32,000 bases of DNA from Tannockella kyphosi (GCF_021054785.1 NZ_CP088239.1:1440001-1472000); one strand, 5' to 3'. Positions 1 to 8,320 are shown, counted from the stretch's first letter. Notes: generated by a model not told the origin, from the sequence alone. Program-made: numbers and translations.

Positions 1-292
1 TGCTATTAGCAAAGCCAGTAATAGGAATAAATGAACCTGCTCCTGCAATAGCACCCAACTTGTCATATACTCCTAATCCTGTTAATACACAAGCTAAAAA
101 TACCATGGTCACTACCATATAGGGTGTTGCATCTGTTTCACTAATCATAAAGATAGTTTGGTACAATTCTAGAAAGAATTGTCCAATAGCTCCTATTACA
201 CCTCCTACTAAAAAAGCAATTCCAGCATTTTTCTTTTTATTCACTTTTGGACTTAAACTATTTGCGATTTTTTCATAATCTTCTTTATTCAT
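1..292 (-). CDS. spoVAC: Stage V sporulation protein AC (SpoVAC), 5' part only. The gene runs off the left edge of the window.
   Basis: My own minus-strand translation from ATG (complement of 290-292) gives MNKEDYEKIANSLSPKVNKKKNAGIAFLVGGVIGAIGQ... and ends at the window edge with ...KLGAIAGAGSFIPITGFANS. The AFLVGG..AIGQ and ITGFANS blocks are typical of SpoVAC. A GAGGTG Shine-Dalgarno (complement of 298-303) lies 5 nt upstream. It is absent from the ORF track because it is truncated. Confidence 0.8.
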   Translation of the reverse strand, partial: MNKEDYEKIANSLSPKVNKKKNAGIAFLVGGVIGAIGQFFLELYQTIFMISETDATPYMVVTMVFLACVLTGLGVYDKLGAIAGAGSFIPITGFANS

Positions 293-333
293 TATTTCAC
301 CTCGGTTTTATTTTTACCAAGGATTCATTCTTT

Positions 334-365
334 AAACAAAAAAATCTTACAGTTTATGTAAGATT
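334..365 (-). terminator. Rho-independent terminator after the FolT-like gene
   Basis: A 9-bp perfect hairpin, AATCTTACA-GTTTA-TGTAAGATT (343-365), is followed on the minus strand by a U-rich tract (A-run 338-342 on plus). It overlaps the stop codon at 347-349. Confidence 0.5.
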
Positions 366-1141
366 TTATATAATTTATAACCAACAAATATATCTATTGG
401 AATCATAAAACAAGCTTTTAATACACGTATAAATACAGAAAGGAAAAAAGGTATTCCATACATGATATCTAACCATAAAGGTGTTAAAGTCATTGTAACA
501 ATTAATTCTACTAACAATACAACTGTTAACCATGAACTAAAAGCATGTATTTCTTCTTGTGATAATTGATGTTCTTTTTTATGTAAAGCATAGAAAATAA
601 AGATTATAAAAATTACTAATATGATAATAATGATTATTTTATATTTCATGAACATCGTAAATTCTACTCCAGATACTTCAATTGTACCAATTGATAAGAA
701 ATAAGTAGATGTTACTATTACTAATGCTACTAAAATTGTTTTTAAAATACCAATCGGTATCATAAAGCTTTTTTCTTTTTGGTGATGCATCCAAATAGAT
801 GGTATTAATATTTGGATAACAGAGTTTAAGGTGAATCCTAAAAAAGGAAATCCACTAGGAACAACTAATAATCCTCCAAAATCAATAACCAATGCACATA
901 AATAAGCATATCCTGGAGGAATAATGGCTCCTACTAACATAATTGATAATGTCTCAAAACCTATTTGAAAGCTTTCTAAACCAAACAATGGTATCATAAT
1001 AGATAATCGATTCATAATAATAACAATAATAACAAATAAGCCACAACGACTTAACATCTTAACATCCTTTTTTAAAGGATATTTCTTTAATACTATAACC
1101 CCTATTAATAATAAAATAATTCCCAAAATTATTTGAATCAT
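347..1141 (-). CDS. Polytopic membrane protein, putative folate-family ECF transporter S component (FolT-like) with extra helices
   Basis: 264 aa, very hydrophobic. The N-terminal part (NRLSIMIPLFGLESFQIGFETLSIMLVGAIIPPGYAYLCALVIDFGG...FPFLGFTLNS) and the C-terminal part (TLTPLWLDIMYGIPFFLSVFIRVLKACFMIPIDIF) resemble FolT-type S components as I remember them. It lies directly downstream of folC, a common FolT context. The start is uncertain: the ATG at 1141 has a weak RBS, while the internal ATG at 1057 (M29) has AAGGA 7 nt upstream. Confidence 0.5.
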   Translation of the reverse strand: MIQIILGIILLLIGVIVLKKYPLKKDVKMLSRCGLFVIIVIIMNRLSIMIPLFGLESFQIGFETLSIMLVGAIIPPGYAYLCALVIDFGGLLVVPSGFPFLGFTLNSVIQILIPSIWMHHQKEKSFMIPIGILKTILVALVIVTSTYFLSIGTIEVSGVEFTMFMKYKIIIIIILVIFIIFIFYALHKKEHQLSQEEIHAFSSWLTVVLLVELIVTMTLTPLWLDIMYGIPFFLSVFIRVLKACFMIPIDIFVGYKLYKILHKL

Positions 1142-1229
1142 ATTCTTCTTTGCTACTACAACTTTCCTGCTTCATCCTCTTTACTAGTCCACAGGCGTTA
1201 ATTCCGATCAATGACCGTACATTTTGTTG

Positions 1230-2444
1230 TTATTTAGTGTAGACTCCTCCTCTTTCTAATATATAAGCACGAACTAATGAAATAAATGCTAAGGATCCGG
1301 TAATATAAATACGATCCTTTGTTTTAATTAAATCTTCTATTGCTTGTTTCCAACAAGCTTCTTTAGGACAAGAACTAGGATAGTCCTCTAAACTAGCGGC
1401 TCTAGGATGATCAAATGTAGTTAATATAATATCATCACTAAAGCTTCTTAACTGTTCTAACATACTTGTAATATCTTTATCTTTAAAAGCACTAAACAAG
1501 ATAGTTCCTTTTCCATAGTATTGAGCACTTTCAATAAACATCTTGATACCAGCATCATTATGAGCACCATCTATAATAATAATTGGTTTATCCATTACTT
1601 GCTCAAATCTACCAGGCCAATTAGCCTCATAAATAGCTTTTTCAACATCTTCTTTTTTACAAGGATATTTTGTTTGTAAATAATAAATAACTTCCAAAGC
1701 TAAGGAACTATTTAATTTTTGATAAGTGCCTAAGGCACTTAATTGAATATTATAATCACGATACTGATAACTATTTTGAGTGACATTTTTTAATTCTTGA
1801 ACATGTAATAAGAAAGCATCTTGTTGTTTACAACAATCTCTAATAACTTTGATACATTCTTGTTTTGTTTCACCTATGATACAAGGCGTATTTTTTTTAA
1901 TAATACCTGCTTTTTCTTTTGCAATCGATGATAATGTATTACCTAAGAAATCAACATGATCAATAGAAATATTAGTAATAATACTAACTAGTGGCTTTAC
2001 AAAGTTAGTAGCATCTAAACGACCTCCAAGCCCTACTTCAATAATGGCTAAATCAATTCCTTGTTCCAAGAAATACTCAAAAGCAATACATACTTCTATT
2101 TCAAAAACAGATAATTGATATTCTAAATATTGATCTATATAAGTATTTGCAATAGCTACCATTTTTTCTATTGGAATAGCTTGATCATTTATTTTAATAA
2201 TATCATTACGTAAATGTAGTGCCGGACTAACAAAAGTAGCTACCCGATAACCCGATTTACAATATACCGTCTTTAAATAATGAACAGTGGACCCTTTTCC
2301 ATTTGTACCTGCAACATGAATAACTGGTAAGTCTAAATAATTGGGATGACACTGAAGGATATAAGCTTGTAAATTATCTAAACTATAAACACGATCTTTT
2401 TGCAAACTCATGAAATGTAAGAATTCATCATAATTAGAAAACAT
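1230..2444 (-). CDS. folC: Bifunctional folylpolyglutamate synthase / dihydrofolate synthase
   Basis: 404 aa with Mur-ligase/FolC motifs: HVAGTNGKGST P-loop, EVGLGGRLDATN, ITNISIDH, DGAHN. A GGGGGAAG RBS precedes the ATG. Confidence 0.9.
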   Translation of the reverse strand: MFSNYDEFLHFMSLQKDRVYSLDNLQAYILQCHPNYLDLPVIHVAGTNGKGSTVHYLKTVYCKSGYRVATFVSPALHLRNDIIKINDQAIPIEKMVAIANTYIDQYLEYQLSVFEIEVCIAFEYFLEQGIDLAIIEVGLGGRLDATNFVKPLVSIITNISIDHVDFLGNTLSSIAKEKAGIIKKNTPCIIGETKQECIKVIRDCCKQQDAFLLHVQELKNVTQNSYQYRDYNIQLSALGTYQKLNSSLALEVIYYLQTKYPCKKEDVEKAIYEANWPGRFEQVMDKPIIIIDGAHNDAGIKMFIESAQYYGKGTILFSAFKDKDITSMLEQLRSFSDDIILTTFDHPRAASLEDYPSSCPKEACWKQAIEDLIKTKDRIYITGSLAFISLVRAYILERGGVYTK

Positions 2445-2481
2445 ACTCTTCCCCCTTTATTTTACTCTATTAAAGCATTAT

Positions 2482-2513
2482 AAAACAAAAAAGAGTGGAA
2501 TACCACTCTTTTT
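2482..2513 (-). terminator. Rho-independent terminator after darA
   Basis: Hairpin AAGAGTGG-AATA-CCACTCTT (2491-2510), extendable by flanking A/T pairs. It is followed on the minus strand by a U-rich tail and overlaps the darA stop codon. Confidence 0.6.
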
Positions 2514-2838
2514 AATATTTTTGAAACTGATCAATATCTAATACAAATACGGTTGCTCCACCAACAGTTACATCGATCATAACTGGTGTGAAGAATTCAC
2601 CCATTTCAGTAGGTGGTACTGTTGGTTCTTTTTCAACGCGTTTTTTCGCATTTTCTTCAATAATAGATAGTACGTGTTCTACTTTTAGTGCTTCTACTCC
2701 AATAAGAAAAGTAGTATTCCCTTTCTTTAAAAACCCACCTGTTGTAGATAGCTTTGTTGAAAAGTATCCAGCATCTATTAGTGCGCTTTGAACAAAAGAA
2801 CTATCGTCAGAATTGATAATAGCAACGATTAATTTCAT
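2512..2838 (-). CDS. darA: Cyclic-di-AMP receptor, PII-like signal transduction protein (DarA/PstA, YaaQ family)
   Basis: 108 aa. MKLIVAIINSDDS...TKLSTTGGFLKKGNTTFLIGVE...VGGATVFVLDIDQFQKY is near-colinear with B. subtilis DarA (MKLIVAVVQDQDS...[22 protein letters not shown]...VGGATVFVLPVDEFHQF, from memory). An AAGGAGG RBS is present. Confidence 0.85.
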   Translation of the reverse strand: MKLIVAIINSDDSSFVQSALIDAGYFSTKLSTTGGFLKKGNTTFLIGVEALKVEHVLSIIEENAKKRVEKEPTVPPTEMGEFFTPVMIDVTVGGATVFVLDIDQFQKY

Positions 2839-2864
2839 AGTATATTACCTCCTTTATTACCTAT

Positions 2865-2873
2865 ATAATAGCA
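2865..2873 (-). promoter_or_regulatory. Candidate extended -10 promoter for darA
   Basis: The minus strand reads TGcTATTAT about 27 nt upstream of the darA ATG. There is no good -35. It sits just downstream of the ktrA terminator. Confidence 0.35.
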
Positions 2874-2931
2874 TATTTTCATTAAAATATACATATTTTA
2901 TATAAATCATGTAGATATGTCGTTATTTATT

Positions 2932-2958
2932 AAAAAAAAGATACTTTTACAAGTATCT
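2932..2958 (-). terminator. Rho-independent terminator after ktrA
   Basis: Hairpin AGATACTT-TTAC-AAGTATCT (2939-2958), followed on the minus strand by a 7-U run (A-run 2932-2938). It overlaps the ktrA TAG stop. Confidence 0.7.
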
Positions 2959-3616
2959 ATAATGTATCAAAATCTTCTAGTTTTTCTGTTCTTGCAAGAA
3001 CTAAGAAACGATCTCTAGGTTTTACCTTATAATCAGGTGCTACACCTAATGATAACTGTTCTGTTTCTTTATCTCTTACTCCTAAAATATTCATTTCATA
3101 TTTAGTACGAACATTTAATTCTTTTACTGTTTTACCAGTCCAAATAGTTGGTGCGTATATTTCTACTATTGAATTATCATCATCTAATTCAACAACATCT
3201 ACTAGATTTTTACGAAGTAAGCTCTTCGCTAATTTCATTCCTATTTCTTTTTCAGGACGAATAACACGATCAGCACCTACTCTTTCTAAGATTTTCATAA
3301 ATGCTTTGTTTTTTGCTTTTGTTATAACATAAGGAACTCCTAATTCTTTACAATGCATTGTTGCTAAAACAGCTTCTTCTAAGTGTGTTCCTATTGCTAT
3401 AATCGCAACATCAAAGTCTTCAATCCCTAAAGCTGACAACTCTTCTATTTTTGTAACATCTGCTACTACTGCTTTAGTTACTTCACTCGCTACTCTTTCA
3501 ACACAACTAATATCACGATCTACAGCTAATACCTCACAACCTTGTTCAGCCAATGTTGTTGCTACGGTTGAACCAAAAATCCCTAGTCCTAAAACTGCAT
3601 ATTGTTTCTTTGCCAT
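2957..3616 (-). CDS. ktrA: Potassium uptake system, peripheral RCK (TrkA-N/TrkA-C) gating subunit
   Basis: 219 aa. It has an N-terminal Rossmann motif (VLGLGIFGSTVATTLAEQGCEVLAVDRD) and a C-terminal TrkA-C-like half. It sits immediately downstream of the TrkH/KtrB-type membrane subunit. A GGAGAAAAAGT RBS is present. Confidence 0.85.
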   Translation of the reverse strand: MAKKQYAVLGLGIFGSTVATTLAEQGCEVLAVDRDISCVERVASEVTKAVVADVTKIEELSALGIEDFDVAIIAIGTHLEEAVLATMHCKELGVPYVITKAKNKAFMKILERVGADRVIRPEKEIGMKLAKSLLRKNLVDVVELDDDNSIVEIYAPTIWTGKTVKELNVRTKYEMNILGVRDKETEQLSLGVAPDYKVKPRDRFLVLARTEKLEDFDTL

Positions 3617-3626
3617 ACTTTTTCTC

Positions 3627-5033
3627 CTAACCTAGTAATACATCTTCATCTAGATATCTAATTTCTACTTTTCCTTGACGCATATTCTCTTTTTTTGCAA
3701 ATGTTAGTAATAATGTTACTGGTCCAATACGTCCAATATACATCAACACAATAATAACTACTTTCCCCGCACTACTTAATAATGGTGTAACCCCGGCACT
3801 AAGACCTACTGTTGCAAAAGCTGAGAAAGCTTCAAAAATAAGGTCTACAACATGTAAGTTTGGTTCTGTCATTGTTAATACAAATAAGCCTAAATAAGCA
3901 AATAACAAACCAATCGTACAGATTGCAAAGGCACGTATTATTAAACGTTTTTTAATACGACGTTGGAATAAAGTTACTTCTTTACGTCCGTGATAAATAT
4001 TATAAATCATTAGACAAACAATTGCAAATGTCACCGTTTTAATACCTCCAGCAGTACCTGCTGGGGAACCTCCAATAAACATAAACAAGCACATCCATAA
4101 TTTAGTATGATTATATAATTGAGCAATATCTACTGTTGCAAAGCCAGCAGTACGTAAAGTAACTGACTGGAAGTAAGATACTTGTAACTTTTCTAACAAT
4201 GATAAGCTTCCAATTGATGCATCGTTACCAAACTCACATCCTAAAAACAAAAGAGTCCCTGAAGCAATTAAAACAATAGTTATAATTAAAACTAATTTTG
4301 TATGTACTGCTAACTTTTTCCACAAATGAGAGATATGAAACCCTGCATTTCTTTTCTGTTCTTTTTTATATGTCTTTAACACATCAAACCACACTACAAA
4401 TCCTAAACCACCTAAAATAATAAGTGAAGTTATCGTTATATTAACAATTATGTTTGTTTGATATCCAACTAATGAATTACTTCCTAATAAATCAAATCCA
4501 GCATTACAAAAAGCAGATATAGAATGAAACAAAGCATAATATAATCCTTTTACAAAACCATATTCAGGTACAAAAACAGTACATAACCCTATCATACCAA
4601 TGGATTCCACTAAAAAAGTATATTTAACTACTTTCTTTACCAAATTTTCAATTTCATTCATTCCTGGTTGATTCAATGCTTCTTGTAAAACAATTCTACT
4701 TTGTAATGACAAACGTTTACGCATTTTTAACATTGTTAAAGATAAAAATGTTAAAAAACCTAATCCTCCTATTTGAATCATTATCAAAATAACAATTTGA
4801 CCAAATAAACTATATTGATCCGTTACAACCGTAGTAACAAGCCCTGTTACACATGTTGCTGACGTAGCAATAAATAAGTTATCTAAATATGGCAATACTG
4901 TTAATTGATTGGATATATCTAAAGAAAGTAACATCGATCCAACAAAGATAACCCCTAAAAAGCTAAAAGCTATTTTCTTTGTGGCATTAATATGATGCAC
5001 TTCTTTTTGTTTTTTTGATTCTATTTCTTGCAT
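3627..5033 (-). CDS. ktrB: Potassium transporter membrane subunit (TrkH/KtrB family)
   Basis: Four selectivity-filter-like P-loops are visible (SATCVTGL, CNAGFD, RTAGFAT, TVGLSAG). I chose the start at M11 of the tracked ORF (ATG = complement of 5031-5033) because GAGG lies 7 nt upstream. The upstream ATG at 5063 falls inside the predicted -10 box. Confidence 0.85.
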   Translation of the reverse strand: MQEIESKKQKEVHHINATKKIAFSFLGVIFVGSMLLSLDISNQLTVLPYLDNLFIATSATCVTGLVTTVVTDQYSLFGQIVILIMIQIGGLGFLTFLSLTMLKMRKRLSLQSRIVLQEALNQPGMNEIENLVKKVVKYTFLVESIGMIGLCTVFVPEYGFVKGLYYALFHSISAFCNAGFDLLGSNSLVGYQTNIIVNITITSLIILGGLGFVVWFDVLKTYKKEQKRNAGFHISHLWKKLAVHTKLVLIITIVLIASGTLLFLGCEFGNDASIGSLSLLEKLQVSYFQSVTLRTAGFATVDIAQLYNHTKLWMCLFMFIGGSPAGTAGGIKTVTFAIVCLMIYNIYHGRKEVTLFQRRIKKRLIIRAFAICTIGLLFAYLGLFVLTMTEPNLHVVDLIFEAFSAFATVGLSAGVTPLLSSAGKVVIIVLMYIGRIGPVTLLLTFAKKENMRQGKVEIRYLDEDVLLG

Positions 5034-5058
5034 TTTTCTACCTCTACTTATATACAAT

Positions 5059-5087
5059 ATCATACTTCTTTTTATAGTGATTGTAAA
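5059..5087 (-). promoter_or_regulatory. Candidate sigma-A promoter of ktrBA
   Basis: The minus strand reads TTTACA (complement of 5082-5087), a 17-nt spacer, then TATGAT (complement of 5059-5064), 25 nt upstream of the ktrB ATG. The -35 is embedded in the palindrome at 5075-5093. Confidence 0.5.
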
Positions 5088-5090
5088 TCA

Positions 5091-5639
5091 CTAGCTAAAA
5101 TGTTCTAGCATTATTTTAATTGCTAAAACAATTAAAATAATTCCTCCTGCTATTTGTGCTTGTTTTTGATATAATTGCATTATTTTATAAGCAATAACAG
5201 CACTAAAAAAGCATAAACCAAATGTAATAACACCTATTATGATGACTGCTTGAAATAATGCTACATCTAATAATGAAAAAGTAACTCCTAGTGCAAAAGC
5301 ATCTATACTTGTTGCTAATGCTAAAGAAAAAATGGTAATCCATGCATCATTTTTCATTGGTTTTGTTTCTTTAAATGCTTCTACTATCATATCTAACCCA
5401 ATAAACATTAATAACCCAAAACAAATCCAATGGCCTATTTGAAAGATTGTATCAGAACGAAAATCTCCTATATAAGAACCAAAAAGTGGCATTATGGTTT
5501 GGAAAACACCAAAACATAAGGATAATTTAAAGGCATAAAGAATTGGTTTTTCTCTTGTAATCGCACACGTTGCAATCGTAACACTAACTGCATCCATTGC
5601 TAGTGCAATGGCTATAAATATCATTTCTAACGTTGACAA
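5091..5639 (-). CDS. mntP: Manganese efflux pump MntP (DUF204/YebN family)
   Basis: Six-helix hydrophobic protein with an N-terminal IFIAIALAMDAVSV motif and a repeated internal ALATSIDAFALGV motif, typical of MntP. The ORF track begins at a GTG at 5666. I prefer the TTG at 5639, which has AGGAG 7 nt upstream. The exact start is uncertain. Confidence 0.75.
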   Translation of the reverse strand: MSTLEMIFIAIALAMDAVSVTIATCAITREKPILYAFKLSLCFGVFQTIMPLFGSYIGDFRSDTIFQIGHWICFGLLMFIGLDMIVEAFKETKPMKNDAWITIFSLALATSIDAFALGVTFSLLDVALFQAVIIIGVITFGLCFFSAVIAYKIMQLYQKQAQIAGGIILIVLAIKIMLEHFS

Positions 5640-5643
5640 ATTA

Positions 5644-7212
5644 TCACTCCTGTAATAGATTTTCACTGCATTTTAAACCATCGATTGCACTAGACATAAT
5701 TCCACCTGCATATCCTGCACCCTCACCGATTGGATAAATGCCTTGAATGTTGGAACACATCTTTTCATCACGATAAATACGGACTGGTGCTGATGAACGA
5801 GATTCAACACCACTAAGAACTGCTTGACTAATAAAGCCAGGTATTTTTTTGTCCATGAAAGTCAAACCTTGCTTCAAAGATTGGTTTATTTCATAACTAA
5901 ATAATTGTTCTAGCTTAGCATATTTATATGCAGGTAAAACACTTGGTATTACTTGTTCCATATCATATTCCATACTTCCATTCAAATAGTCTTCTATTCT
6001 TTGTACTGGAACATGATAATTCGAACCACCTAATTCATAAGCTTTTTGTTCTAATTTTTCTTGGAACTCAACACCTGCCAAAACATCCTCGCTACCAAAG
6101 TCTTCTCGATTTACAGTTACTAAAATAGCACTATTCGCATTTTCTTGTTCTCTTTTAAAATTAGACATTCCATTTACTACCAAATGATGTGCTTGGCTAG
6201 AGGCATTCACTACTTGTCCTCCAGGACACATACAAAAACTATATACTCCTCGTTTGTCTAATGATTGTACTGCTAATTTATAATCAGCTACTGGTAATAT
6301 TGGATTATCTTTTTCTTGTCCATATTGACATTCGTTAATAAAACTTTGTAAATGTTCAATACGTAATCCTACAGCAAAAGGTTTTTGTTCCATTTTTATT
6401 CCATTTGCATCTAACATACGATAAGTATCTCTAGCACTATGTCCTATTGCTAATACTAATTTATCTAGGGATAGTTTTTCTTGTTTTCCATTTGTAGTCA
6501 TTGTAATAGATTCAATCTTATTATTTTGAACATGAATGTCTTCTAACTTTGTATCAAATATTACTTTTCCACCATTTTCTTCAATAAATAGACGCATGTT
6601 TTTAACAACATCCATTAAGTAATCTGTTCCTACATGTGGTTTATTTCGATATAAGATTTCTTTAGGAGCACCATGTGTTACTAACGTATTTAATATAAAT
6701 TGTTTACGATGATCTTTTACACCTGTTGTTAATTTTCCATCTGAAAAAGTTCCTGCTCCTCCTTCTCCAAATTGAACATTACTTTCTGTTTGTAAAATAC
6801 CTTCTTTAAAAAATAAATCAATATCTTCTTTTCTTTTTTCTACTTTTGAACCACGCTCTATTAAGATAACTTCTTGTTTAGATCTTGCTAATTGATAAGC
6901 ACAAAATAGTCCTGCTGGTCCACTACCTACTACTACTATTCTTTGATTTGTTGGTTGTAGGAAAGGATAGTTATATTGTTCTACTATGGATAAGGATACT
7001 TTTGGATTTTTTTTAATAATCATGGCTTCATTTTCTATTTCAAAATGATAAGAACATAGGAAATGAATATTATTTTTTCTTCTAGCATCTACTGCTTGTT
7101 TTACTATTTGAACATTTTTAATTTTATTTTTAGATACATTTAATAATTGGGATATTTTAATACGTGCATCTGTTTGTTTTAAAGGCATTTTTACATTATT
7201 TATTTCTAACAT
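5644..7212 (-). CDS. NAD(P)/FAD-dependent oxidoreductase of unknown function (COG2509-like)
   Basis: 522 aa with the dinucleotide-binding motif VVVGSGPAGLFCAYQLA followed by LIERG, and a C-terminal GEGAGYAGGI motif. Its ATG overlaps the stop of the upstream flavoprotein gene by 7 nt (7206-7212). Confidence 0.75.
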   Translation of the reverse strand: MLEINNVKMPLKQTDARIKISQLLNVSKNKIKNVQIVKQAVDARRKNNIHFLCSYHFEIENEAMIIKKNPKVSLSIVEQYNYPFLQPTNQRIVVVGSGPAGLFCAYQLARSKQEVILIERGSKVEKRKEDIDLFFKEGILQTESNVQFGEGGAGTFSDGKLTTGVKDHRKQFILNTLVTHGAPKEILYRNKPHVGTDYLMDVVKNMRLFIEENGGKVIFDTKLEDIHVQNNKIESITMTTNGKQEKLSLDKLVLAIGHSARDTYRMLDANGIKMEQKPFAVGLRIEHLQSFINECQYGQEKDNPILPVADYKLAVQSLDKRGVYSFCMCPGGQVVNASSQAHHLVVNGMSNFKREQENANSAILVTVNREDFGSEDVLAGVEFQEKLEQKAYELGGSNYHVPVQRIEDYLNGSMEYDMEQVIPSVLPAYKYAKLEQLFSYEINQSLKQGLTFMDKKIPGFISQAVLSGVESRSSAPVRIYRDEKMCSNIQGIYPIGEGAGYAGGIMSSAIDGLKCSENLLQE

Positions 7213-8297
7213 TTTTTCACTCTTTCTTCTATTATTTTAGCAACATATTGACCACTACCAAAAGCAAAATGAAGGTTATATCCTCCACAATCTCCATCTA
7301 CATCTAATACTTCACCAATTGCAAACATATTAGGATATTGTTTTATTTCTAGGTCTTCATTTATTTGATTTAAATCAATTCCACCTTGAATCACTTGAGC
7401 AAATGGTGCTGATTTTGTTTCAACAATATCCATTACCCATTTTTTTAGTGCTATCTTTTCTTTTTGTAGTACTGCTACTAATTTTTCAGGAAATATTCCT
7501 TCTAGTCCATATTTTTCTAGTAATTCTTGATCATTTGGATATTGTGGTAATAAATCAATATGCAATTGAGGTTGATGACATTGGTGATAATATCTTGATA
7601 GTTGCATTACACAAATACCTGATAGCCCATAATCAGTAAATTGTATTTCACCAATTCTAGATGCTATTAATTGATTATTATCATATAAGGATACTTGTCC
7701 TTTTACACGAACACCTTTTAATTGTTTATAAACTTTTTTAGTGACAAACTGAACTAAACTAGGATGACAATTTGTTAAAGGAATGTTTAGATTTTGAATT
7801 AATTGATAATTATCTTGATTTGCCATTATACCCGCATTGCTACCAATAGCTAGAACAACATAATCCACAAAGTAACGATCACTAAATGTATTAATAGAAT
7901 AACCATTTTTTTCATGTTTTATAGTAATAACTTTTTGTTGGGAGATAATTTTTGTATGTGTTAAACAATTCACTAAACAATCTTTTACTGATTTTGCTTG
8001 GTTACTAAAAGGATATAGTAATGTTCCTTCTTGTTTTAATAATAATTTTCTTTTTAAAAAGAATTCAGTAACATTGAAATTCATAATAATATTAGAAATA
8101 ATAGGATTATTAGTATTATAAAAATCCATTTGCATCTCTGTATTTGAAATATTACAGCGACCATTACCAGTAGCTAATAGTTTTCTAGCACTTTTATCAA
8201 ATTGTTCAAAAACAAGAATCTCGATATCTTTTGCTTGAAAACTACTGGCACATGCAAGCCCAGAAGCACCTGCTCCAATAATAGCTACTTTTTTCAT
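7206..8297 (-). CDS. HI0933/BaiN/YhiN-family (aminoacetone-oxidase-like) FAD-binding flavoprotein
   Basis: VAIIGAGASGLACA Rossmann motif plus the family-typical TGNGRCNISN block. The start is placed at MKKVAIIG (complement of 8295-8297), preceded by GAGGTGAT. The tracked ORF begins at an upstream TTG that contains this RBS. Confidence 0.75.
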   Translation of the reverse strand: MKKVAIIGAGASGLACASSFQAKDIEILVFEQFDKSARKLLATGNGRCNISNTEMQMDFYNTNNPIISNIIMNFNVTEFFLKRKLLLKQEGTLLYPFSNQAKSVKDCLVNCLTHTKIISQQKVITIKHEKNGYSINTFSDRYFVDYVVLAIGSNAGIMANQDNYQLIQNLNIPLTNCHPSLVQFVTKKVYKQLKGVRVKGQVSLYDNNQLIASRIGEIQFTDYGLSGICVMQLSRYYHQCHQPQLHIDLLPQYPNDQELLEKYGLEGIFPEKLVAVLQKEKIALKKWVMDIVETKSAPFAQVIQGGIDLNQINEDLEIKQYPNMFAIGEVLDVDGDCGGYNLHFAFGSGQYVAKIIEERVKKC

Positions 8298-8320
8298 CTT
8301 TATCACCTCATAATGCAATG

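Noticed and set aside
293-335. Forespore sigma-F/sigma-G promoter upstream of spoVAC (GGTAAAAATA resembles a sigma-F -10)
   Set aside because: There is no acceptable -35 (GTATA/GnATA) at the required 15-18 nt spacing, and the match is to a very AT-rich degenerate motif.
1142-1229. Possible THF riboswitch or other structured leader between folC and the FolT-like gene, in a region noticeably GC-richer than its surroundings
   Set aside because: The context is right for a THF (folT-motif) riboswitch. I could not, however, find the conserved blocks I remember (GAGUAG...CGCGUUAAG...GGGAUG...ACGAAG...CGCGG) in the correct order on the minus strand. GCGTTAA occurs only on the wrong strand. A cmscan with Rfam THF and THF-II models would settle this. 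A significant minus-strand hit would overturn my rejection.
5034-5090. c-di-AMP (ydaO/kimA-type) riboswitch upstream of ktrB
   Set aside because: The whole intergenic region is 57 nt and the predicted leader about 20 nt, which is far too short for that riboswitch of roughly 100 nt or more.
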